The position numbers and the translations under genes are program-made. The notes beneath the pieces are model-generated. The model had not been told where the DNA came from and did no database searches. It saw only the letters and a program-made list of their open reading frames with translations. This document shows positions 53,085 through 61,975 of a stretch of DNA of 64,000 nucleotides, in pieces; within the stretch, counting starts at the first letter, position 1, and the number at the start of each line of letters is the position of its first letter. This DNA comes from Pseudomonadota bacterium (GTDB taxonomy: Bacteria > Campylobacterota > Campylobacteria > Campylobacterales > Sulfurimonadaceae): assembly GCA_043797085.1 (NCBI GenBank), contig JAZDQA010000013.1:192001-256000 (forward strand). The letters run 5' to 3'.

Positions 53085-55186
53085 TGTTTGCCCTGTGCGG
53101 TAGGTTTGAGTTGTTGCAACACTGCGTCGCGTGGTCCGTCCATCACGATTCCCTGCGGCGTCATGACGATAATACGGTTTACCAGTCCCAGCAATGCAGG
53201 TTTATGGGTCACTAAAATAAGGGTTTTATCCGCAGTGATTTGTTGATGCAGTGCCGTTAAAATATTTCGCTCTGTCCCCTCATCCATGTTGGCAGTGGGT
53301 TCATCCAATAGCCAAACATTGGGAGACGCTAATATCATTCTCGTGATCGCAATCATCTGTTTTTGACCGCCTGAAACACTTTCTCCCCCTTCGGGAACAG
53401 GAGTGTCTAACCCTTGGGGGAGTGAATTGATAAGATGGATTAATCCGGTTTTTCCGGCAGCTTCGATAATCTTATCATCATTGATCCCGACCAATCCCAG
53501 CAAAAGGTTATCGCGAAGGGTTCCTGAAAGGAGTTTGATGTTTTGAGGAAGATACCCGATGGTTTCATTGAGTCGATTGCGTGAGATATGCTGGATGTCG
53601 ATTCCGTTGATCAGTACGCTCCCCTCTTGAGGCATATAAAGCCCTGAGAGGATTTTTAACAGCGTTGATTTTCCTGAGCCAATGACTCCCAATATTGCGA
53701 CTCGCTCACCCTCTTTGATCGTCAAGTTGGCAACTTTTATGTTTGCCATATCTTTGCCATAGCCGAATTGAATGTTTTGGCACGAAAAGCTGGGGTTCAT
53801 ATTGACGGGACTCAAAGGGCGCTCAATCCCTTCGTTGTCGCTTTTGAGGGCATAGACGTTATCCAAATCTTTGACGGCAATTTTGGTTCGTCCCCACTGA
53901 ACGAGGAGGTTTGGCAACATCGCGATAGGGGATAACACACGTCCGGAGAGAATCGTAACGGCAATCAATCCCCCCATCGTCAGGGTATCGGTGGTACTTA
54001 CCAAATACGCCCCCGTACCCACCAATGCCATATAGCTGATTTGCTGTAAAAATGCCGCCATATAGTTGGAGAGTTCGCTGTAATGACGTATGGCTATATC
54101 ATCATGGATTGCATCTTCTGTGAGGGCATTCCATCGGCTTAAAATGCTCCATCCTGCACCGGTTGCTTTTATGTTTTCCGCATTTTCGACAGTTTCAACG
54201 AGCAATCCCAGTTTTTTATGGGACGCCATCGACGAGGTTTGAGAAAGTTTTTCGATTTTTTTACGAAAAAGAGTACCGGTAATGATCGAAACCACTAAAA
54301 AGATCAAGGCAATCAAGCCCATAGACCAGCCGGAAATCATCACAATAACCGCTAAAAAGATCATCGAAAAAGGAAAGTCGATAATCAAATATAAAGCAGC
54401 CGAGGAGATAAAACTGCGAACGGTACTGTAGCTTTGAAGCTGACCCGATAAGGTTCCGATACTTTTAGGAAGGGCATCGGAACGGATTTTTAAAAAGCGA
54501 TTAAAGATATCATGTGAATAGGCTACGTCCATATTTTTCGAAGCATGATCGAGAATCGTTGCACGGGAAAGTTTGAGTACCATTTCTAAAAAGATGGCAA
54601 TAAAGACTCCGATGCTCAAAGCAATCAACGTCGAAATTCCCTGTGTAGGAATAACGCGGTCGTACACTTGCATACTGTAAAAAGAGGTACCGAGTGCCAA
54701 GATGTTGATGCTCAAAGAGGCGATGGCGGCATGAATGAGTATCGGTTTTTGAGCGCGTGCCACTTCCATGAACATTTGGGTTGCCGATATTTTTTCAAGG
54801 CTGGAACGTTGCGATTTGATGGAGGTAAACAGTGTTTTTGCCGGAAAGTTTCTCTCGCGGCGAATTCCATTTACCCCGTCACTTTTCCATGACCCGTCGG
54901 CTTCGTGTTCGATGATGACCCGCATCCCCTCACCCGGTATTAATGCCAATATCGGCAATGCCTCATGGGACAATGTTTTTGTCCAAAAAGGTTTTTTGAG
55001 ATTAAACGTCTCAAAAAGCGTTTCGAAGAAAGCAAGAATCGATTTATCGTCGATGGTCACCAATCGCTTTTCTAACGTCACAACCTCATACGAGGATAGT
55101 CTCGATGATGCGAAATGGGGAAGCGAGCAGTGCCCAGTAAGCCATTGCATATCTTCTCTAGCTTTATCCAGATGGGTATAGATCAT
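53081..55186 (-). CDS. T1SS ABC transporter (LapB/HlyB-like)
   Basis: SMQVYDRVIP, GVIGSGKST, VSGGQKQ, LLDEPT. Confidence 0.95.
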   Translation of the reverse strand: MIYTHLDKAREDMQWLTGHCSLPHFASSRLSSYEVVTLEKRLVTIDDKSILAFFETLFETFNLKKPFWTKTLSHEALPILALIPGEGMRVIIEHEADGSWKSDGVNGIRRERNFPAKTLFTSIKSQRSSLEKISATQMFMEVARAQKPILIHAAIASLSINILALGTSFYSMQVYDRVIPTQGISTLIALSIGVFIAIFLEMVLKLSRATILDHASKNMDVAYSHDIFNRFLKIRSDALPKSIGTLSGQLQSYSTVRSFISSAALYLIIDFPFSMIFLAVIVMISGWSMGLIALIFLVVSIITGTLFRKKIEKLSQTSSMASHKKLGLLVETVENAENIKATGAGWSILSRWNALTEDAIHDDIAIRHYSELSNYMAAFLQQISYMALVGTGAYLVSTTDTLTMGGLIAVTILSGRVLSPIAMLPNLLVQWGRTKIAVKDLDNVYALKSDNEGIERPLSPVNMNPSFSCQNIQFGYGKDMANIKVANLTIKEGERVAILGVIGSGKSTLLKILSGLYMPQEGSVLINGIDIQHISRNRLNETIGYLPQNIKLLSGTLRDNLLLGLVGINDDKIIEAAGKTGLIHLINSLPQGLDTPVPEGGESVSGGQKQMIAITRMILASPNVWLLDEPTANMDEGTERNILTALHQQITADKTLILVTHKPALLGLVNRIIVMTPQGIVMDGPRDAVLQQLKPTAQGKQ

Positions 55187-56448
55187 TTCATTTCTCCGGA
55201 TTCAAGTTTTATTTCTCCATTTTTTAACGCCAAGCGATAGGCAGATGCCACCAGTGTCGCTTTAATATCTGCCAGAGTATTTTTGTTTTGTGTGAGTTCT
55301 CGTGATGAGTTTACCAGATCAAGCCATTGACGTTTACCCGCAATAAAAAGACGGGTATAGGAGTCCAATACGTTTTGAGAGGCTTCTATGGTCTTGTTCA
55401 TCCCATCGATACGATCCATCGAGGCATGATAATTATCGAAATCGAGCATCAAGGCATCGCTGAGCTCCCGTTCTTTGGTCAGCTTATCCGATTGGACTTG
55501 CAAAACCTTGGACTCGGCACTTTGGATACTCGACAATGCGGACAACCCTGCTCCCGGTGACATAGAGACAGCAACATAAAGTACATTATCGGTCGTAGCT
55601 TGATCGCTGTACATCGAGCCTCGCAGATGCTCTGCACGCAAAGAGACGTTGGGCCATATAACGGCTTCTGCTCTGGCTTTTTCTGCTTGGGCCGTTTTAA
55701 TTTGCTCACTGATTTTTTTGAGGGAGGGATGGGTTTTTATCATTTGATCCATCATTTGGTTAATAGAGGCTGTTTGTTTGATAATCTTAGTATTGCTAAA
55801 CTCAACGGCACACTCCATCTTGGAACCTATGAGCAGTTCCAGTTGAGAGCGTGCGGTATTACGTTTTGATCTGGCAACGGTCAAATCTGCACTGATTTGA
55901 GAGAGACGGGATTTGATAAGCTCACTGTCTGCAACCGATGAGACACCTGCTTCAATACGACGGTTTAACATTTGATCAAACACTTCAAGCTGTTTTTTTC
56001 CATCTTCCAGTGCAGCTATGCTTCCATCCGCTTGGACATAGTTTTGCAAAACACGCAAGAGGTTTTCCATCAACACATACGCACTTTCATCCAAAGCATA
56101 TTGGGATTCATTTTTACGAGATTGGGCAATATCAACCATAGCATCGAGCTTGCCTCCCGTCCACAATGGCTGATCGAGACGTATCGTCGTCCCTGTCCGT
56201 CCAGAACCTTGGGATACATCCACCGAAGGGGTAGGATAATAGTTCCACTTCGCCCCCTCTAACTGAGCATCGGCACCTTGGATGATGTAGCGTGAGGATT
56301 GGATACTGGGATAGGTTTTAAAACTGGCATTCATAAGTGTCTCGACACTGCTTATGCAGATATCGCTATTTCCGACACGGAGGGGAGTTTCTTGGGCATC
56401 ACAGAGCGTTGAAAAAAAGATTAGAAAAATTCCAATAGCATAATGCAT
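55183..56448 (-). CDS. TolC-family outer membrane channel
   Basis: Signal peptide; QPLWTGG, F-AGKRQWLDLVN. Confidence 0.92.
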   Translation of the reverse strand: MHYAIGIFLIFFSTLCDAQETPLRVGNSDICISSVETLMNASFKTYPSIQSSRYIIQGADAQLEGAKWNYYPTPSVDVSQGSGRTGTTIRLDQPLWTGGKLDAMVDIAQSRKNESQYALDESAYVLMENLLRVLQNYVQADGSIAALEDGKKQLEVFDQMLNRRIEAGVSSVADSELIKSRLSQISADLTVARSKRNTARSQLELLIGSKMECAVEFSNTKIIKQTASINQMMDQMIKTHPSLKKISEQIKTAQAEKARAEAVIWPNVSLRAEHLRGSMYSDQATTDNVLYVAVSMSPGAGLSALSSIQSAESKVLQVQSDKLTKERELSDALMLDFDNYHASMDRIDGMNKTIEASQNVLDSYTRLFIAGKRQWLDLVNSSRELTQNKNTLADIKATLVASAYRLALKNGEIKLESGEMK

Positions 56449-56492
56449 ACATATAACCCTTTAAAAAAGCATATTGTACCGTAATGAGTAGA

Positions 56493-56511
56493 CTCTTCCG
56501 AAAAGGAAGAG
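56493..56511. terminator. Hairpin after the 1271-aa adhesin
   Basis: CTCTTCC-GAAAA-GGAAGAG. Confidence 0.5.
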
Positions 56512-56532
56512 CTGTTAAAAAGAGAGGAGTAT

Positions 56533-59500
56533 TTAGATTACGGTATTAATACTATGCGTAAATGAGCTTACATCGCTACCATAGATACTTTGCAATGCTT
56601 GCGCATCATTACCTGGATTGTCGGTATAGGTGACAATCCAAGTTGCGCTAGGGGTATCAGTGATTGATGGATCGATACTAAGTGTTACATTATTGCCTAA
56701 TACCGAAACTGCTGTAGCTACAAATTTCAGCAAAGCTGCTCCGTCAGTAAGATCAGGAGTAAGCGTTCCATCGGTTACATAAAACATACTATTTGGGGCA
56801 TACATACCTTCATCTAATAATGAATTAAAAGTAATGTCAATCGTACCCGTACTGGTGTGACCTACCACATCTGCAACAGGAGCGGTAATCAATGGTGCTT
56901 TCGTTTCTACTATGTAGTTACCGGTACTACCGCCAACACCTGTATTCCCTGCCACATCGGTATACACACCTGCGAGCGTGATTGTATTTAACACATCTGC
57001 TGCTATTCCTGCAGTTGGGGCGAATGTTCCTGTATAGGTCACTCCGCCATCACCGCTAAAGAGGTTGTTAATTGTTCCGTTTGCACTAGATAAATTTAAA
57101 TCACTTCCATCAAACCCTAGAACCGCTTCGCTAAATGTGAAAGTAACGATGGGAGCGTCTCCCGCAGTGACTACTGCATCGTTCATTGAGATAACAACCG
57201 TAGGTGCTTTCATATCTACGGCTTGTATCGACTGAAGGGCTACGGTGCTTGGATTACCATAGAAATCTGTGACTGCACCCGCAGCGACATCGACCGTTAC
57301 ATTCCCTTTAACACCCGCAGTAGGAGTTATATCCAACGTGTAGACGGAAGTGCTGACTGTAGTCAGTGCACCTGCCGGAGTCCCCCCTACAATTGTAATA
57401 TCTTGGAGGGTAAAGTCTGTAACGGGTTCACTAAAAGTAAATGTATACGTCAAATTACCTCCGACGATGTTAGCAACAGCCGCCGCTTCATCGTCAGATA
57501 TAGCTATAGTCGGAGCACGAGTATCGACATAATACGTATAGGGAGTAGTTGTCGTACCGGCAAGACCATTGAGGTCATGATAATCACCAGCACCAACACT
57601 AAACACATTAGAGGTAAACTCTACGTTTGCACTTGCGGTAAAAGTTGCAGTCCAAACACGTGCATCAGCCGTAGATGCTAAAGCGCTTAGTGTTCCATTA
57701 TTGAAATGAACAAGAAGATCTCTAACCTCCTCAGAAAAAGTAATAGTCACTAAAGAGCTTTGACCAATGCTTAAGTTTGGATTGTTAAAAAATATTTGTG
57801 TTACAGTAGGAGGAGTAACATCAGGCTTGATATAGGTGAAAGACGTAGCATCATTCCCTGCTAAATCTTGAATAGCTGGTGTTAAATCTGTGGTTACGTC
57901 TTTGTACACAACCCGAACACTCTCAAGATTTGTAAAATCATCCGCTATAGCTTTTGGCATAATTAGCGTAACGGTATCACCTAACATGGAAACAGCTTGA
58001 ACAGGGATAAGATGTGTATTGATATAAACATCAAAGCCTCCCGGATCCGACATATTTACCGCTTCCAGCGATGAATTAAGCGTAAAGGAGATAGTTTTAT
58101 TAACGTAATCGTATATCCAATCATTGACCCCGTCAAATGTTGTATCCATGAGTAGCGGAGCTAACATATCTACTACCTGTACGGATGATGTGTCCGAAGC
58201 AATATTTCCAACATTACCCGCCACATCATGGTATACAGACGATAGTACGCCTATTGTCATATTTCCTTCGTAACCAACTTCTGGCGTTACGCCAAGTGTG
58301 TAAGTCATACCATCCGGACTAGCCGTAAATGTTTTAGCGGTTCCGTGCGTTACGACAATATCTCCTGCCGTAAAGTCTTTGACCACTTCATCAAATTTAA
58401 ACGTATAGAGGATATCGGCTCCATCCGCTTTTGACGTGGCATCACCATTGCTCCCATCCATGTTAGCGGTGACGTCTCCTTGATTGTTTGTAATCGTGAG
58501 TTTTGGTCCTGTAGTGTCAGTGGTAATTGCTTCGGTGTTGCTCGTTGCAATACTGACATTTCCTGCTGCATCACTCTGGCGCACTTGAATCGCACCAATC
58601 GAATACGCTGTATTATTGGAAAGGTTAAAAGTTGTTGCACTTCCACTTGTCCACGTACCCCCATCTAAACTGTATTCCCACGTAGCTCCCGCTTCTATTC
58701 CTGACACTGTCATAGCTGAGCTACTTGTAATGTTATCGGTATTGTCTAGGCCTGTATCGTTAGCAGGTAAAAGATCAAGCGTTAATGCAGTTGGGGCTAA
58801 CATATCGACAAGTTGTGATGAATTTGCGGCAAGGGATTGTGCGCTTCCTGTGCCAAGAGCTGCGCCTGCAGCCACACTCACGGCAACATTCCCTTCATAC
58901 CCGGCAGTTGGGGTTACCACCAACGCATAAGTAATACCGCTACCGCTAAATGCTCCTTTGCCTCCACCGGTTACGGTAATGTCATCTGCGGTAAATCCTG
59001 TAACGGTATCGCCAAACGTAAAGGTATATGCAATAGACCCTCCTGCAATATTTGCCGTAGTTGAGGGTTCATCATCGCTAATAGTTAGAGTGGGCGCTGG
59101 CGGTGGGGTAGTGGCAGTGTTAACCGTATAGTTTGCACTTTGAGCTGACGTGCCTGCATTTCCTGCGCCATCGATATAGGTGCTCGCTAAGTTAATAACA
59201 TTGGAAACATCTAATGAAATACCAGCCGTTGGCGTAAAGACAGCCGTCCACGTAATGCCGCCATCAGCACTGACAAAAGTACTAACCGTCCCATTTTGGA
59301 CCGTAATATCCGCATTACTAAATCCTGCTACCGCTTCAGAAAAAGTGATCGTGACGGTAGCCGTTTCTCCACTATTAAGTAAACTGTCTGAAAGCGCAAT
59401 TGTTGCAGTAGGTGAAGTGGTGTCAGCCACAACTGCATTTAAATGCGCTGTTGCCGCTACCTCTGTAACCAATGTAACACCTGTAGGTGTTAATGCCGTT

Positions 59501-60348
59501 TGTAATGCAGGATCAAGCGCTGTTTGAACATCAATAACGGTAGTAATCAATGCAGCAGTAGCTGGAGCGATAGTGATCCCATTAGCTGCATTGCCATCAC
59601 TATCAAGAGATTGCAAAAACTGGGCGATATTAACAACTTTTGTATCAGTAGTATTGGTTCGAAGTACACCCGCAATTTCCTGAATAGTGACAATATGATC
59701 CGCATTAATGTTAGCAGTATTAAACGTCCCGATCGTTGCCTGTCCTACTTTAAATGTTACTGTATCCCCTGCTTTATATGCGAACGATCCTAATGATCCA
59801 TCAGCGAGCGTAATACCTGTAACACCCGTAAGTCCACTGCTCGTCGTATACGATACCCCCTGAACCAAGCTGTCAACTAAATTTGCGGTTAATGTTGTGG
59901 CTGCTGGAACTGTTGTCGTGCTTCCGCCGCCACCTCCACCGCCAGCTGCAGCGGCAACTCCGCCCGCAACTGCGAGAATCCCTACACCCCACCATGCACT
60001 CGTCGACATAACAGGAGTAGGAGCTGCAACTGGGGCTACGCTCACTGCGCCAAGCTCCATTGCGCCTGCTTGAGTAGTACTGTAGTTGGCGAAGGCGCCG
60101 CTTGAGTCAATGCCTGAGATTTGAACGGTTTGGTCATACGAAGCATACTCATTCAAAATCACAGAAGGATCTGTTGCGCCGTCTGCAAAAATATGGAGAT
60201 CTTTATTGACCATTTTTGTTGTTATCTTTTTTGGTGGTTGTCCTGTTGAGGCATCGACCAAAACAATTCTATCGCCGCTCATAACCATTTGTTGCGTAAG
60301 CTGTGTCACGCCATCTATTTTTTTGCCAACCACCATTGTTTTCATCAT
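56533..60348 (-). CDS. Large Ig-repeat surface protein (probable second T1SS substrate), 1271 aa
   Basis: Bap-like prefix, WWGVGILAVAGG...GGGGGGG, repeated TFSE-x-V-x-GF Ig domains, SwmB-like repeats. Confidence 0.85.
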   Translation of the reverse strand: MMKTMVVGKKIDGVTQLTQQMVMSGDRIVLVDASTGQPPKKITTKMVNKDLHIFADGATDPSVILNEYASYDQTVQISGIDSSGAFANYSTTQAGAMELGAVSVAPVAAPTPVMSTSAWWGVGILAVAGGVAAAAGGGGGGGSTTTVPAATTLTANLVDSLVQGVSYTTSSGLTGVTGITLADGSLGSFAYKAGDTVTFKVGQATIGTFNTANINADHIVTIQEIAGVLRTNTTDTKVVNIAQFLQSLDSDGNAANGITIAPATAALITTVIDVQTALDPALQTALTPTGVTLVTEVAATAHLNAVVADTTSPTATIALSDSLLNSGETATVTITFSEAVAGFSNADITVQNGTVSTFVSADGGITWTAVFTPTAGISLDVSNVINLASTYIDGAGNAGTSAQSANYTVNTATTPPPAPTLTISDDEPSTTANIAGGSIAYTFTFGDTVTGFTADDITVTGGGKGAFSGSGITYALVVTPTAGYEGNVAVSVAAGAALGTGSAQSLAANSSQLVDMLAPTALTLDLLPANDTGLDNTDNITSSSAMTVSGIEAGATWEYSLDGGTWTSGSATTFNLSNNTAYSIGAIQVRQSDAAGNVSIATSNTEAITTDTTGPKLTITNNQGDVTANMDGSNGDATSKADGADILYTFKFDEVVKDFTAGDIVVTHGTAKTFTASPDGMTYTLGVTPEVGYEGNMTIGVLSSVYHDVAGNVGNIASDTSSVQVVDMLAPLLMDTTFDGVNDWIYDYVNKTISFTLNSSLEAVNMSDPGGFDVYINTHLIPVQAVSMLGDTVTLIMPKAIADDFTNLESVRVVYKDVTTDLTPAIQDLAGNDATSFTYIKPDVTPPTVTQIFFNNPNLSIGQSSLVTITFSEEVRDLLVHFNNGTLSALASTADARVWTATFTASANVEFTSNVFSVGAGDYHDLNGLAGTTTTPYTYYVDTRAPTIAISDDEAAAVANIVGGNLTYTFTFSEPVTDFTLQDITIVGGTPAGALTTVSTSVYTLDITPTAGVKGNVTVDVAAGAVTDFYGNPSTVALQSIQAVDMKAPTVVISMNDAVVTAGDAPIVTFTFSEAVLGFDGSDLNLSSANGTINNLFSGDGGVTYTGTFAPTAGIAADVLNTITLAGVYTDVAGNTGVGGSTGNYIVETKAPLITAPVADVVGHTSTGTIDITFNSLLDEGMYAPNSMFYVTDGTLTPDLTDGAALLKFVATAVSVLGNNVTLSIDPSITDTPSATWIVTYTDNPGNDAQALQSIYGSDVSSFTHSINTVI

Positions 60349-60497
60349 TTTAAAAACCTTTATAATACGAAATAATTATTTACTCTAGGATAAATCGAAA
60401 GAAAATCAAAACAGCATATCAATATTAGTATTATAATAATATTAAAACACTATTTAATATTTAAAATAGTTACAAATAGGAACAAGAAAAGGTTACT

Positions 60498-61025
60498 TTA
60501 CCGTTTGAGCAAAATATCTACACTCAAATCAACTTGATCGCGTACCGTTAGAAACATCATTGTGATCGGTTTGATTCCAAAATCGGTCATTTTTAGTGTA
60601 CTTGCGGTTTTAATGTGTACTTTCGAGCCTTCTTCGATAATTGTTCCATCAAAACTCAGCGGTTTAGTGACACCGTGCAAACTCATCGTCCCCTTGAGAG
60701 TATAAGCATTTCCCCCTTTGGCAATAACCTCTTTAACTGCAAAGACCGCTTTGGGAAAACTATCGGATTCGAGGGATTGCTGCATGTGTTCATCGCGCTT
60801 TTTATTATCACTGACAAGATCCCCCATCGAAACTTCAATCGTCCCTTTTAAGCTGGACGGATTTGTGTCCATGACTAAATGCGACGTTGCCCGCTTGGCG
60901 ATTGGGTCAATCGTGCTGTCTCCAAATACTTCCGTATGCGCTTTAATCACGCCGGAATCAAAACTCAAATTTCCTGCGAACATTGACGTCGCCAATATCA
61001 TGGCGAGTGAACTAACTTTTTTCAT
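60498..61025 (-). CDS. YceI-family periplasmic polyisoprenoid-binding protein
   Basis: Signal peptide; NKKRDEHM, FP-A-F, LHGVTKP, DFGI. Confidence 0.9.
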   Translation of the reverse strand: MKKVSSLAMILATSMFAGNLSFDSGVIKAHTEVFGDSTIDPIAKRATSHLVMDTNPSSLKGTIEVSMGDLVSDNKKRDEHMQQSLESDSFPKAVFAVKEVIAKGGNAYTLKGTMSLHGVTKPLSFDGTIIEEGSKVHIKTASTLKMTDFGIKPITMMFLTVRDQVDLSVDILLKR

Positions 61026-61975
61026 ACAGTTCTCCTAAAATAAAATGGATAGATAAGGACAAAAATGCCCAAAAGAATGACAACAATCCAAAGTTCATGC
61101 GTCAAAGCGACTAAATTGGCTATCGACGATGCACCCCAGCCTACCCCTACCATAGTAATTCCAATCACTCGAACATCGCCCATCTGAGTCAACTCGCGGA
61201 ACAATAAAACATTATAATATGAAATAACAATCGGATAAATAATAGCGAGCAATACCGGCTGATGAGAGTAATAAGCAGCATAACTTAGGGCAAAAAGTCC
61301 CAATATTATCCCATTGCTTCGCATCAATGTTTTGCCATAACGAAACGCCAAATAAACTCCCAAGAGATGCGATATAACAATCAGTGCCATATAGTGCCGC
61401 CAAACATCCATCTCATCTGAGCGGTTCAAGGTTTCAAACAAAGCGGAATCTGCAAAAATCCACACCATCATCACTGCTATCACTTTAAAATTGAGGGGAG
61501 TATGGTGGCGATGTGAGCGCATAGGCAGGCTTGAAAAATACAGTGCTGCCATTGAAATACTGGGTAACATAATTGCTATGATTCCTCGCTGTTGGAACGG
61601 ATACGTATAGAGGGCTGTTCCTACCGCGTACGAGAGAGCAAGTCCCAGTGCCAGATTTTTTCGGCTTTGTTCACGAAAGACATAGAGCATCAAAGGGGTT
61701 GTGTAGCCCACGATAAAGCCCAATACCAATAAAAGTCCCAGTGAATAATCGGGATAAAACCACGAAAGAATAATCTGTGCGATAAACATAAAAAAAAGCT
61801 CTTGCTTAATCCCATGATGCTTCCAATACGCACTCACAATACTCCCAATCACCCCTCCAATAGGAAGCGTATAAAGATCGTGTATGTGAGAGTCAAACGC
61901 TCCCACGACTCCCGTTTGTGCAATCAGGAGATAATAAAGCAACTGAGAACTAAGAACAATGACGAGCATATTCAT
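61022..61975 (-). CDS. Polytopic membrane protein of unknown function (distantly MFS-like)
   Basis: About 11-12 hydrophobic segments; ATGA overlaps on both sides. Confidence 0.75.
   Translation of the reverse strand: MNMLVIVLSSQLLYYLLIAQTGVVGAFDSHIHDLYTLPIGGVIGSIVSAYWKHHGIKQELFFMFIAQIILSWFYPDYSLGLLLVLGFIVGYTTPLMLYVFREQSRKNLALGLALSYAVGTALYTYPFQQRGIIAIMLPSISMAALYFSSLPMRSHRHHTPLNFKVIAVMMVWIFADSALFETLNRSDEMDVWRHYMALIVISHLLGVYLAFRYGKTLMRSNGIILGLFALSYAAYYSHQPVLLAIIYPIVISYYNVLLFRELTQMGDVRVIGITMVGVGWGASSIANLVALTHELWIVVILLGIFVLIYPFYFRRTV

Noticed and set aside
44278..60348. D/E-x-N-x-S/T sequons in the adhesins (DVNIS, EMNVT, DLNLS, EGNMT) as PglB targets
   Set aside because: Expected by chance in Asn/Thr/Asp-rich proteins, and T1SS passenger regions normally bypass the periplasm.
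60349..60497. AT-rich near-palindrome upstream of the 1271-aa adhesin (Fur-box-like)
   Set aside because: Too low in complexity to distinguish from background.
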